Of a stretch of DNA of 64,000 bases, positions 13,656-26,625 are shown piece by piece. The translations under genes were made by a program, and so were the position numbers. The notes beneath the pieces are model-generated. The model did not search any database. It had not been told where the DNA came from and was given only the letters and a program-made list of their open reading frames with translations. Source of the DNA: Selaginella moellendorffii (taxonomy: Eukaryota; Plantae; Lycopodiophyta). The stretch is taken from assembly GCF_000143415.4 (NCBI RefSeq), contig NW_003314302.1:1203921-1267920 (forward strand). The letters are read 5' to 3'. Numbering within the stretch: the first letter of the stretch is position 1; every line of letters starts with the position of its first letter.

Positions 13656-16600
13656 CAACACTCTCCATATGTTAATATTTCTTGTGTCCACTACAGATAT
13701 CATATCAAACACCTCACTTAAGAGGAGTTCTGTGATGAAATTTATCATAAGACATTTTCATGGATGATTGGGGATTGGGAGGCTTTGAAAGAAACCCCCA
13801 CTATCTTTCATTACGACCTTCACCTATTGATATGTTAAGGATGTCTTTACATAGTCTTGAACATTTTTATCTATGTTTGGCTAGTGATACTTTCTTTTGA
13901 GTAAGCCTATTGTTTTGGGCATTTTGTTGTGTCCTATTAAAGGTATATAAAAGATTAATTTTTCCATTTTATTTTAGTCACTTAACCATGCTTTGGACCT
14001 CTTGAAGAAGTCTCACTCACAACCTCTATAGATCCTTATCTGCCTTGGGATATTTGCCTACCCCTAGATATGATCTCAAGACCATATCAGCTTCGTATTG
14101 AGTCCAAGTGCTCTATGTGTTCAATTTCACTCCTAACAGCCCAAAGATACCATTAACATTTTAGTATATTACACTAAGGTTATATCCATTTACCCTTGTT
14201 TCATTGGTAATCCAAGACCACCCACAATATGGTTCTATCTCTTTGACACTAAGCCATCTATCCATGAGTGATCATTTCATGACTACACCTTAACATTTTC
14301 AGGATGCCCCAAGATACGGGGAATACCATCCCCCAATATCCTTCCTTTAGTCCCTATCAAGTCCCTCTATTTATGACAGTGCTTGCTAACACCACCACTA
14401 GTTTAGGGCCCAAAGGCCTATCCACTAAGCCTCATTCACCTTTGGGACTTTCTTACCACATAACCTTACCCTTGGTCACCAAGCAAGAGGACGATTCTTT
14501 TTTCTTTCCATGGTCCGAGACTTTGGGATAAGATTTCAAAACATTGCAGCCTAGTATAAGTTTCATGTGTAATCCTCCCACCTTTCACCACTAGGGTGTT
14601 GCAGCCATATGGCTAGAGTGACGTTCCGATAAGCCATGCAAGGTATCTAAGTAAATAGTGCCACCCACACTTGGATTGGGAGTATTGACCATCTGATTTC
14701 CCAGAGGAGCTAGAGCTAACTTTGGAACACCTCACCAAGTTACCCATTTGTTCATCCATGTCGGTTTCAGGCTTTATTACAAACTCCATCTTGGGCTCCA
14801 TCTCAGGTTCCATCTCAAGCTCCATCTTTGACTCTATTTCAGACTTCTTTTCGGACTCGATCTTGACACTTTTATGTGTCATAACACTTGTCATGTGTTG
14901 GTCCTTCTTGTGTCCTTTTCTAGATACTCACTTATTAATCACTTCATATTTATTCCTTAAGTATTTCATTGGGAGTTCTACTTTTGCTCTTGACTTTCTG
15001 AGCTAAAGCTTTTTATCCAAATATATTACACTCATTGAATCTTCACTTTTGGCCACTACTATATAGCACACTTTCAAACCGACATTAAGGCTTAGAGATT
15101 TGTGTTTCACAACACCACCACCCATAAATGAATTTTGATATTATCATCGAATGATAAACTATTTTCTGAAGTAACCCCTATCATAGATTACCATTTCTAT
15201 CTTTTGCACTAAACAATTATTCATCAATGGTTTAACACCGAAGGGAAATCATGCCTTGCATGTCCTTGATGAAGTATAGACCCTCCAACTTAGGGACTTA
15301 TTAAATCCTTTATTTTGGTCTTCTCACTTTGTTGGATTAGATCCTACTAAACCCCCTAGAGACACCTTCTCTATCTCAATCTTACTATTCATTCTAGAGT
15401 AGTTTCAAACCATATCATTATAACCATCACCTTTTTGGAACTTTAATATTGCGGAACCTAAACCCTCTATGTGCCACGTGTCATATGCCACATGTCCAAA
15501 AGATAGTGGTGTGGAACCTCGAGTTTCAGAGCCTTGGGCCATTGATGTCAAACTCCTAAGCATGGAGTCAAGGAGTGACAGAACAGAACCATGGAGTAGC
15601 TCCCGAGCATATAGCCAAAAGAGCAAAGGGTAAGGAGCATGGAGTGACTTGGAACAGTCCTAGAGCAACCAGTATCCCAATGCCAGGACCAACATGCAAA
15701 ACGGAGCTAAACAGAGTCTGGCACTATTTCAACATACCAGTGCCTTAACATGAGGGTATAGGTACTCCACTAGCTAGCATGGTGTGGAACTTGGGCTTAG
15801 ACCCAAGCCAAATGCAAAACAAAAACAGGCACGCAAGCAAAAGTTAGATTATGCCTTAGGTTGGTCAGCCATACCCAACCTACCCACTATCCCTATTATA
15901 CATTTGGAACTCCCTATAGCCCCTCCCTCCCCTTTGAAGAACACACACTTTAGGCTTTGACCTAGTATCAGGAGTTAGTCTCTAGGACAAACTTGAAACT
16001 TACTAAATATGGAATGTCCTTAGATTGTGAATTTAGACACGGGATAAACACTATTGTGTTCAGGACAATCTCTACATTCCATAAATATGCTAAATAAGAA
16101 AATCTAGACACTTTTCATAAATAGCATTTGAAACCGAAATGAGACTAACACAAAGGGCATGATAGTGAGGGTGTTTGGCAGACACAGTAAGCTATCATTT
16201 AGCAATATTGAGGGATCAAACTCAATATTGCGGGGGTTCTTGACACTAGCAAGTGCAAGCTAATGACAAACCAAGCTAAGTATACTCAACAAGAAACACA
16301 TAGAGTTCTTACCTTATGTTTATCCAATTTAAGTGCATGTTTATTGACCAGTTTCTCAACTAGCTCAAGTGGGAATTGATAACGGGTCCAATAATACTGA
16401 CCTTCTACCGTCATGGTAGTAAGGAAAGAATATCTGAAAGGACTAGCTGACATATAAATTTTGATACCCGAAGTCACATTCACAACACTCTCCCCCCCTT
16501 AGGGAAGATCGACGTCTACCGGCAAGGAAACAACTCTAGAAAAAATTCACGGTGATCATACTATGTGAGAAATGCACCAACCCTAAATGAGTTAGGGTAA

Positions 16601-19600
16601 CTTCTTTATTTAACGCAAATGCACTACTAATATAGACACCTTTTGGCTATTATTGACAAGGAAATGACCAATGGAGTTAGCCACCTTTATTGCTTTGGGT
16701 GTCATCTAACTTACAAAAGTGTGATATGCTCTTGCTTACAATGATATAGAGAGAGAAGTTAAAGGCCTTAACCCTCATGAGCAAAGAAACCAAACCTGTT
16801 GGTAAGGTTTAGATAAACTACTATAAACAGGTAGTTAAAGTTGTTTACACAGTCACACCCTTTTACAATGAAATAAGGAATATTGACAAAGAGGCAGGTG
16901 ATGAGACCAGTCGATAGTAACTACTCTATGATTAGAGATTTCACCATGCATACGAAGCACCAAAGCCAATCTGTCTATACTGGCCCAAATTCAATGATTA
17001 ATAGATGGATAATATTAAAGTCAAAGACAATGATATTTGAGAGACTTAATTATCAGTGAATAAATCTTAGTTTAGAACACGAAAGTATTCCAAGTAAGTT
17101 ATCATTCGATAAACGAGGATTAGAATATAGGAACCACCAAGATCATCATAATTGGAAAATATAGGATTCACCATCTAATAATATTCAATAGCTAGTGTAT
17201 CATTAAGAAAACGTAATGATAAAACTTAACTATTAAATATTTAGATAGCATACTAAACAACTTACGTAATACGACTAAAAGAACACAAAGTATTATTGAC
17301 TGGTAAGCAAGATGCTCGCAAATGTATCACCAAAGGAAATAACATCCTAATCTATCAGAACTAACATGAGCAACAATCAACAGAACAGAATGAATGCCAC
17401 AAAACCAACAAATATTCGTTCATACCAACTATCGCACTAGCCAATTTGAATAAATCCCAACTAACAACACCAAGGAACTCAAGTTGCTTAAGCAAGTGTC
17501 AGCAACATCCCATTGATGTCTCAAACCCAAGAGACCAATCCAAAGTAAACCACAAAAAACATGTGGTATTGCTAAAGCTAAAAGCCATCAAAGTGAATAA
17601 CTAACTACCATGAAAGATCATCAATCATCCTATCAACAAAAAGATGCAAAATCATCATCAAAAAAAGAATCTACCATCCTGAAGGACGGCAAATCATTCT
17701 ATATCAACAACACTCAAGCAAAACCTTTTGATAAGGATAATTAACTAATCTAGATGATAGTCAATCATCACTAATGATTGTGAGATGCAAAAGCCAATTT
17801 TAACATTGAAGCTAACAAGCTAAAATGCCTTCCCTAACAATTTTTAACAAATGGAACAATGAGTATGAAAACTCAAAAAACTAGAGCTTGAAGAAGTTTA
17901 GAATTAAGTTTTGCATAATAATGATCACGAGTTTCATAAAAACTCACTTCAATATTAAAGAGAAATCACGGTACAGCCCACAATATCCTCCTCAACACAT
18001 CCATAAGCCAACCAAGACTCAATGAAATCCAACACTACTAATTAAATGCAACCAAATGATATCGACAAAGGTAGAGTCAACATGCCAACATAGAAAACCC
18101 ATGTAAGCCCACGACATGATCCTCCGCAACACCAACCGGTAAAACAAGCCTATCACTGCTAAATCATCATCGAGTAAAACAAGTGTCAACAGTTCTTGAT
18201 GAAGTTTACAAGTAATCACTGGTCGCAAAGCAACTAACAATCACTCTTTAACTTGCTTTCACAAGACCCAAACATTAAACTCATGTTATCAAGTCATATG
18301 CTTGTCCAGTATGAATGTAATACCCTAGACATGAAATAAAGGTTCATGGACAAGCACGAACTAAATGACTACTTGAATCCAACTCAACAGCAGTAAGCTC
18401 ACCAATGCGTTTATGAGCATACCTTGAAGAAGCCTCCTCATAGACAAACCTATAGTACGGGTACCGACATCTCAACCTCAAACAACTAAGTTGGACATGA
18501 TTCACCATTATCAACTAAGGAGCAGGGCCACCAAAACCAAGTCAAGATCAGTGAGAGCTCATTACTCTCATAAAGTCTAATGAAATGCAAGGTGCAACTT
18601 GCCACTAAGTATAACGCTACAGAAGAAAGGCACAAGGGTCACCTTTCTACATCAACTCGAGATTCTATTCAACTCAATTGCTTTAACCCCAAAGGTTAGC
18701 ATCCTTTTCGGTTTGTATTATAAAAACTACTTATTAAGGTTAAGTTAACCGAAGTCAACTCCAACCCCTTCATTGGTTTGTACTGACTTACAAAAATGGA
18801 ATGGTTTTCAAACAAAGTGATCAACAAATTAACCATTGGAAAAATCTAAGAAAATTTGTGGAAATTTTTCCATCCTAGAGAAAGAATGACTCTCAGTCCA
18901 AGAATGCAAACTTTCAAGACTCAACTAACTTCCTCTTACTAACAACTTCACATAAATTCACTTCAACACAAATTCTCATGACCTAATAGCATGCTTAATT
19001 ATCAAACATCTTTGCCCATTTTTCTGATATCCAACACCGACATCCGCAAAAATGCAAAATAAACATTTAAGGCTTGATTATGAAGACCACATCTTTGGAT
19101 ATCTATATTGCACTAACACTCTTCTTCAACCACCTTCAAGATCCAATGTGAAGTCAAAATACTAATAAAAAAAATGACATGAAAAATCAAGTTCTAAGGA
19201 AAATTCCTCATCACTTAAAACAATAATGCCACTTCCACTAATACAAGTGCTAACGATGTTAATGCCTTAACTACACACCTTCTCCATCCAACAATCTACT
19301 TTTAGTGTTAATAGATCAACCGACAAGAAATAGCAAATGAATGCCATAACCCTTTCCACAACCTTATGGGCAAACCCTTAAGGAAAAAATGTACTAACTC
19401 AAATTTAGCATAATGGACCACAATTGAGAATCCAGTCAAAGTTACTATAATGTTACTACATGTAAGTAGACTAGCTTCACCATCAACCACTTTGGGGTTG
19501 ATCATCATTAACCAAGCAATTTCGTAAACACATTTCTCATTATCACATGGATATTATAAAAGTATCACAATGACTTGATCATCCATTGAGCAACACTACG

Positions 19601-22600
19601 AGCAATGCCCATGTTATTACTTTAAATGTTTATGTGAATATCAAGTGCTAACTCGATTTGATAAAATGCAACATAAATGCCACACTCCACTGATAGAGAT
19701 TTACAACACCCAATACTAGTAACTTTTGTTCACAATACGGACAAGCTCATGCCACTCTCTTTCTGACCAAACTCAAAACTAATCTAACACCAAGCTATTC
19801 AAAGAGCAATAGCAAAGTTCCCCGGAAAAAGAATTGAGCATTGTCTTCAATAGCAAGTCTAAACAAAATGGTATAACACTTTATGGTTATCCATTCCACA
19901 ACTCACCACTTGCAAAATTATCACTTCCAACATGCATCAAAGTAGGGACTCTTGATTGCATGATATGAATATGAGCAATGAATTAACATCTCATTGCAAA
20001 TCATCTCTCCAAGAAGAGAAGATAATTTATGTGTTTGATCTTTCGTCCCTGACAACTCTCTTTTCAGTCTCATCTTTGACCAAACCTCAAGCTTGCTTTC
20101 GCACTGCCTTTAGTCCAATCCAAGAAAAGTTTATGAGAGAGCATGGCAATGACTACTTGAACTAATGGACTATAATCTTGATTGGTTCACTTATAATCAT
20201 GCCTAGAAAAGATCCACTAGTGCCATGCTAAACAGCTATAGACTAGCTTATTTGCCACTCATAGCAAACCCAAGGGAGGTTTACTTTTACCTGGTAACCA
20301 TTGATAGGACAACATTAATCCTACCAACTCAAATTGTAACCTCGAGTTGTTAATGTACCTCACTTATGAGCCCAAGTGCAAACTCGTGCAAATGGAACAA
20401 CTCAGTCCATCCTATGAGCTCAATATAAGGAACCGACTCCCTGAGATATTGTAGGCTAAAGGATCCCCGAAAGCATGACCGAAATGACAAAAAGTTCATC
20501 GGATGGGACCGAGTCGAAGATCGAGTCCAAGACCGACTCTGAGACCAAGTTCGAGATAGAGTTCAGGATCGAGCCCGAGGCCAAATCGGAGACCGAGTTC
20601 AAGATCAAGTTCGAGACAGTGTCCGAGATCCAAATCGGGTCTGAGACCGAGTCCGAGGTCGAGTCCGACATCAAGTCTGAGATCGGGTCCGAGATCGAGT
20701 TCGAGATCGAGTCCGAGACCGAGTCCGAAGTCAAGTCCGAGATCGAGTCCGAGTCCGAGATCGAGTTCAAGACTGAGTCCAAATACTAATACGGGTCAAG
20801 GGGTGAAAGCCCAAAGCATGTGTCTCCCAGGGCGGGGGGGGCGGGCTGCAGGGGGTTCCAAAAGTATAGTAGGGATAGTGAGGTCTAGGAACCAGTCTTG
20901 ACGGAACTCTCCAGTGGTGCTTCCAAACCGACTTGAGGTTAAGACTGGGGCTGAGGGGCCTTGGGTGGGAGTGAGCATGGGCTTGGGTGGTGCCGAAGGG
21001 GCCACCTAGGGAAGTGCTCAAGAGCAACTCCCACTCCTGAAAGGGAAACTGACTGCGGTGCTCCCGACTCATGTGGAGTGGTGCCCCATTTGAATACCTT
21101 GTGGCTTATTGGTCCTCGCCCTTCCTAGGGGCTTGGGCCTTCCCTTCGGGATAGAAGTGGGGGGCGTAGAGGTACCCATACTGGGCCGTTAGGCCATGGT
21201 GTTTCGCCCCGATGTCCCGAAGCAAGTGTTGCACCCAAGACTTGGGATTTAGAGGGTCCCATGATCAAGTCTTGTTGTACCAAGGGGTGTTAGGAACCTG
21301 GAGGCTTGGTGTGCTTGGCTACTTGTGCCTATGGGGAGTGTAGCCAAACCTTAAGTCCAGTCTAACCCGGGGAGGGGGATTAAGAGGGATTTGGGAATCC
21401 GTGGATGGATGGCTAATGCTTCGTTGTTCGTGCAATGAGTAGTTGAAACTAAGTAGGACCAAGTAGGAGCTGGTACAATAGGTGGGAACCTTGGCAAGGG
21501 AACTTAGCACAAGCCAAGGTAGTGTTGGTCGGATAGACGAGGTAAGCTGGCAAATTGGAAAGGAAAAATTTGTGGTTTACAATTTGGTATTGGAGCCTTT
21601 TCCTCAATTCTAGCGAAGGATAGAGGCAGATTGCTGGGAGATGGCAAAGGCAAGGCGGAAACGAACCAAGGCGGAGATGGAACCTCCTCCAGAGCTAGAG
21701 CCTCCGGTCGAACAAGAGGCTATGGTTGAGGAATCCTTGCATGAGGAGGACTCTAGTGAGGAAACTTCCAAACAGGAGTCCGGTGGTGAGGTTCGGTCGT
21801 CCAAAGCTTGATTGGACATTCTAGAAGGACAATTAGCACAAACCAATGCCCTGCTAGAGACTCTCATACACAAGTTAAAGTGTGACGAGAAGCGGAAGAA
21901 AAAGCGAAAGACTGCGGATGCTGGCAGCGCAGAGGGTGCGGACCCTTTGGTAGGGACTGAGGCAGAACTAAACAAGGTCGAACAAACCGAAGTGGAATCA
22001 GTCCCTCAGGTAGTTCCCAAGCACAAACCAAAGCCCCCACCGGTCTTCAAGGGAGTGAATGATTATAAGGTGGTGGAGGATTGGTTTTACAATATGGAGG
22101 ACTATTTCCGAGCGTTGCGGTTACCAAGCTCGGAAAAGGTCCCATGTGCAAAACCATACTTGGTAGATAATGCCAAGTCTTGGTGGAGAACGACAGAGGC
22201 CAACGAAGGACCGGTGGCCACTTGGGAAATGATGAAGGCGAGGATCCGTGCGACTTACATTCCTCCGAATGCTACTCTGCATCTAAGGGACGAGCTAAGT
22301 AGGCTGAAGAAAACCGGAACCATTCAGGAGTATGTAAATGGGTTTATGGCAAAGAGGATACTTGTCATGGATATGGGAGATATGGATGCGTTCCATGCCT
22401 TCATATTAGGTTTGCAAACCTGGGCTCGTGGTGAGGTGATGCGTTGGAACCCAACCAACTACAAGGAAGTGTTGGATGTGGCCATCAAGGTGCATTTCAA
22501 TGATAACCTGCGAAAGGGGTACACGATGGGGTTGGGGTCCACGTTTAGCAAAGGGGTCAAACCAAGGGGAACGTATAGCAGAGGGAAATTCAAGAAGAGT

Positions 22601-25513
22601 TTCTCTAAGAATGAGTCCTTGGGGTTCCGGAAAGGCAAATTCGGCGGCCAGCGAGCAAATACGTGGGGGAGTCAAGCAAAAAGAGACACACCTACAGATA
22701 AGAAGGTCAAGTCGTATAGTAGCATGGGAAACAACGTATGCTACAATTGCGGTGAAGTGGGACACTTTTCGAGGGAATGTCCTTACCTGAAGAAAGCTAG
22801 AGCCAATATGGCCATCAAGTCGGGTGAAGTCCAAATTGAGGTATATGATCCAGTCCCTAACTCAAAGTTACTCATTACATGAGAAACTTTGGTAGAGAGT
22901 CGTTCGCGACATCTACTAGCCCTCCGAGGGAAGCTCGGAGGTAGCTTTGTTAAGATCCTTATTGACACGGGTGCTTCAGATAATTTTGTGGCTGCAAACA
23001 TAGTCTGGCAAGCCGGACTAATGGTGTAGCGGCTAGGTGAACCAAGGACTATAGAGTTTGTTCAAGGTAGCCAAAGCACCGATGAGGTACTTCGACAAGC
23101 AAGAGTCGAAGTAGGGATATGGAAAATAGACATGGATGTCACCATGTTGGACATGGCGGGATTTGATGTGATCTTCGGAATGGATTGGTTCAATTGGTTC
23201 GTGGTAGCCGTGCATGGACAAGGTAGAAACCTTGTGGTACTAACAAATGCCCAAGGAAGAAGATCTAGGGTGGAGGCCCAGGATCTAAAGGTAGGGCAAA
23301 GCAAGGCCAAAGATTCCCACTTAAACCTGGTTTCCACGAGAGGACAACTCACTAAAGTAACTAAGGCAGTGTTTTTGTGCTTACTCTCGGTGAAGAGTGA
23401 TAAAAAGACAGGAATGGAAGAAGTACCTTTAGTGATCTAGCGGGTGTTAGACCAATTCCAGGATACCATGCCAGAGGAGCTACCAGCGGGGTTGCCCCCC
23501 GCACGACTGATAGAATATAAGATTGAGCTGGTTGAGGGTGCTGAGGTGGTGGTTCGTCCCCCTTATCATTTGAACGAAAAAGAACTCGAGGAGCTCAAGC
23601 ACCAACTAAAGGAGTTGGTGGACAAAGGGTATGTTAGGTTGATCAAGTTGTCGTATGGGGCGCCAGTGTTATTTGTGAAAAAGAAAGATGGATCTATGCG
23701 CATGTGCATAGACTACCGGTTGCTCAACAAGTATACAAAGAAGAATAAGTACCTTTTGCCAAGGATTGAGGACCTGTTCGATAGGTTGGGAAAGGCAAAA
23801 TAGTTTTTGAGGATTGACTTGAGGTCAGGATACTACTAGAACAGGGTAGCAGAGGAAGATGTCGAGAAGACAACCTGTCTAACCAGGTATGGGAGCTTTG
23901 AGTTTCTGGTGATGCCCTTTGGGCTGTGCAATGCACCGGCAACTTTTTTGGCGTTGATGAACCATATCTTTGTACCCTATTTGGATCACTTTGTGGTTGT
24001 CTATATCGATGACATCTTGATCTATAGCGAGACACTAGAGGAGCATGCCGAACACTTGGCGAAGGTGTTTGAGAAACTAAGGAACACAAACTATATGCTA
24101 AAGAGAGCAAATGTGACTTTGCTCAACAAGAGGTAAAGTTTCTCAGGCATGTGGTGGGCCAAGACGGACTCAAGGTGGACCCGGAGAAGGTCCAAGCGAT
24201 CCAGGAATGGGAGCGACCATCGAATGTACATGAGTTGAGGGCGTTCTTGGGGCTATGCAACTACTACCGAAAGTTTATCAAACACTATTCGAGAGTAGCC
24301 CTGCCCTTAACGGACCAAACAGGAAAAGGGAAGATGGTATGGACAGCGGAATGCGAAGCGGCATTCATCCACCTCAAAGGGAAGTTGAGGACGGCTCCCA
24401 TGTTGGCATTACCAAACTTTGGTAAGGACTTTGAGGTAGAAATGGATGCTTCAGACTTTGCGCTGGGTGCAGTTTTGAAGCAAGACAACCATCCAGTAGC
24501 GTTCTTCTTGAAGAAGTTGGACAAGGCTCAACAAAAGTGGCCTGCCCACGAGAAGGAATTGTTTGCAGTGGTCAAGGCACTCAAGGAGTGGCGACACTAC
24601 CTTGGGAGACACTTCAAGGTTTACACGAACAATGTAGCAACGAAACACTTTTTGTCACAGCCCGACCTGAGAGGGAAATAGGGTCAGTGGGCCAATGCCT
24701 TGGCCGAGTTTGATTGTGAGATTCTGTACAAGCCCGGGAAGAGCAACATTGTGGCGGATGCGCTAAGTCGAAAAGCGAGCTTGAGGTTGGCGATATCCAG
24801 CATAACAGCAACCTTTTGGGACGATGTGTGGACAGCATATAAGAACGATGGTCTAGCACAAGAAGTGTTGCTGAGGAATCTAGAGGCACGGGAAGCTCAC
24901 CAGAGAGGTGAGCTGCCAACGGAAGAGAAAACGGGCTATGCGGAACGCAACGGACTCATCTATTACAAGCAAACGAGGGTGTATGTTCCAGAAGGGGAAC
25001 TAAGGAAGGTAGCCTTAGAAGAGTGTCATGACGGACCTCTTGCGGGACACGGCGGAGTGCCCAAGACGATGGGCTTACTCAAGAGGAAGTACCATTGGCC
25101 AGATATGGCTAAGGAAGTCCAAGACTATGTAAAGACATGTCCAACATGTCAGCAGGTCAAAGCCGTGACTAAGGCTAGTGGGGGCTTGTTGCAAAGCATC
25201 CCAATTCCAGATCGCCCGTGGAAATGTCTTACAATGGACTTCATCACGGGACTCCCCCCAAGCGAGGGGTTTGATGCGATATTCGTGGTGGTGGACCGAT
25301 TTTCAAAAATGGCACATTTCATACCCACCACAACGGAAGTGGATGCGGAAGGTGTGGCGAAGTTGTTCTTCGAACAAGTGGTTCAAGTGCGGGGAAGGCC
25401 GGAAGAGATCATCTTAGATCGAGATAAGATCTTCACTAGTAGGTTCTGGAGGACTCTCTTGGAACAGTATCGCACCAATTTAAAATTCAGCACAGTCTAT
25501 CACCCACAGATAG

Positions 25514-25560
25514 GTATTGGGTATTAAGTCAAGTTTGATGGCACTAACACTTCTTGACAG
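25514..25560 (+). other. Putative 47-nt spliceosomal intron in the integrase core
   Basis: GTATTG...CACTAAC...TTCTTGACAG. Removal gives HPQIDGQTERVNRQLEDYLRCYV in frame. Confidence 0.8.
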
Positions 25561-25978
25561 ACGGACAAACGGAAAGGGTGAATAGGCAGTTGGAGGATTA
25601 TTTGCGATGCTATGTCTCGGGAGACCAGACCGATTGGGTAAGTCATTTGGGACTTGCAGAAATGTGTTATAACAACTCACCACATTCGAGTATCGGGGTG
25701 AGTCCATAGGAAGTCATCAATGGGTGAGCTATTGAAGGTCTTGTGGAACTCGGCGTGCCCGAGTATCATGGAGAGTTACCCGCAGTGGAGGCATTCACGG
25801 CGGAAATATTCAGCATTTGGAATCTAGTGAGGGATTCCTTGGAACGGGCTCAACAAAGGCAAACCAAGTACGCGAACCAGAAGCACCGGGATGTAGAGTT
25901 CCAAGCTGGGGAGAAGGTGTGGCTGAACACCAAGAACCTCAAGCTACCAAGTGGGATCAGACAGAAGTTGACCCAAAG

Positions 25979-26030
25979 GTAAAAATGCATATATTCCTGT
26001 AAATGAATTGATCTTGAGTTCCTTAAGCAA
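25979..26030 (+). other. Putative 52-nt intron in the integrase GPY/F region (acceptor reads CAA; alternative AG ends at 26027)
   Basis: AG|GTAAAA donor and AT-rich body. Removal gives KLTQRFAGLYEI; using the AG at 26027 gives KLTQSKFAG, also in frame. Confidence 0.65.
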
Positions 26031-26505
26031 GTTCGCGGGGCTTTACGAGATTGAGGCACGAATCGGTAAAGTGGCTTACCATCTCTGACTTCCTCGAGAG
26101 ATGGGGAAGATGCACCTAGTGTTCCACGTGAATTTACTCAAGCCGTACTTTGAGGATCCGCTTTGCAAGGACCAAGTAAGACCTTTACTTGAGGTTATCC
26201 AAGGGGAAAAGGAATACAAAGTCGAGGCCATCCTCAATGCGCGCAAGAGCAAGTGACAAGGACGCAAGGTGAGAGAGTTCCATGTGAAGTGGAAAGGATT
26301 TCCACACTGCGAAGAAACATGGGAACTGGAGGAGAACTTAGCGAATGCGCGAGATCTAGTGGAGGAATTTCTGCAAGGCAGAACTCTATGTACTTATACA
26401 AAGTTCAATTAAAATATCAATTTGTGAAGTTGAGCAATGGCATATGTTGGGACCCGAAGGCGCGCCGAAGGTAAGCTAATTAGCATGGGTTAGCTAGGTC
26501 GACCA

Positions 26506-26625
26506 GGCATAGGGCACTACGCCCGACTCCCCATGGGGATGTCAAATCCGTAGACGTATTCTACGGAGGTTGGGTTCGAGTCCCAACCCCCTAGTAAAGC
26601 AAGGATGGGTTCAAGTCCCGACCCC
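26506..26625 (+). other. Structured 3' UTR element: hairpin chain with two T-loop-like hairpins
   Basis: tccgtaga/tctacgga stem; GGTTGGG-TTCGAGT-CCCAACC; GGG-TTCAAGT-CCC. Homologues at 8640-8765, 30405-30520 and 59099-59205 (all minus). Confidence 0.55.

Larger units (their letters stand above)
21641..26412 (+). pseudogene. gag-pol polyprotein of element A (nonsense mutations, at least one frameshift near 24085, two intron-like inserts)
   Basis: Gag with CYNCGEVGHFSREC knuckle; protease LIDTGAS; [11 protein letters not shown]; RNase H MDASDFALGAVL; integrase HHCC zinc finger and MDFITGLP; chromodomain EYKVEAIL...FHVKWKGF...TWE. Confidence 0.95.

Noticed and set aside
16500-20423. Coding remnants in the family B interior (e.g. 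INPKVVD near 19500, minus)
   Set aside because: Resemblance to pol is too weak to call without an HMM search.
26378-26480. Further intron after the chromodomain (GC donor at 26378; AG|GTAAGC at 26471)
   Set aside because: No conserved reading frame to test against; unsupported.
26568-26620. True tRNA gene
   Set aside because: Only T-arm-like hairpins; no convincing cloverleaf, anticodon arm or acceptor stem.
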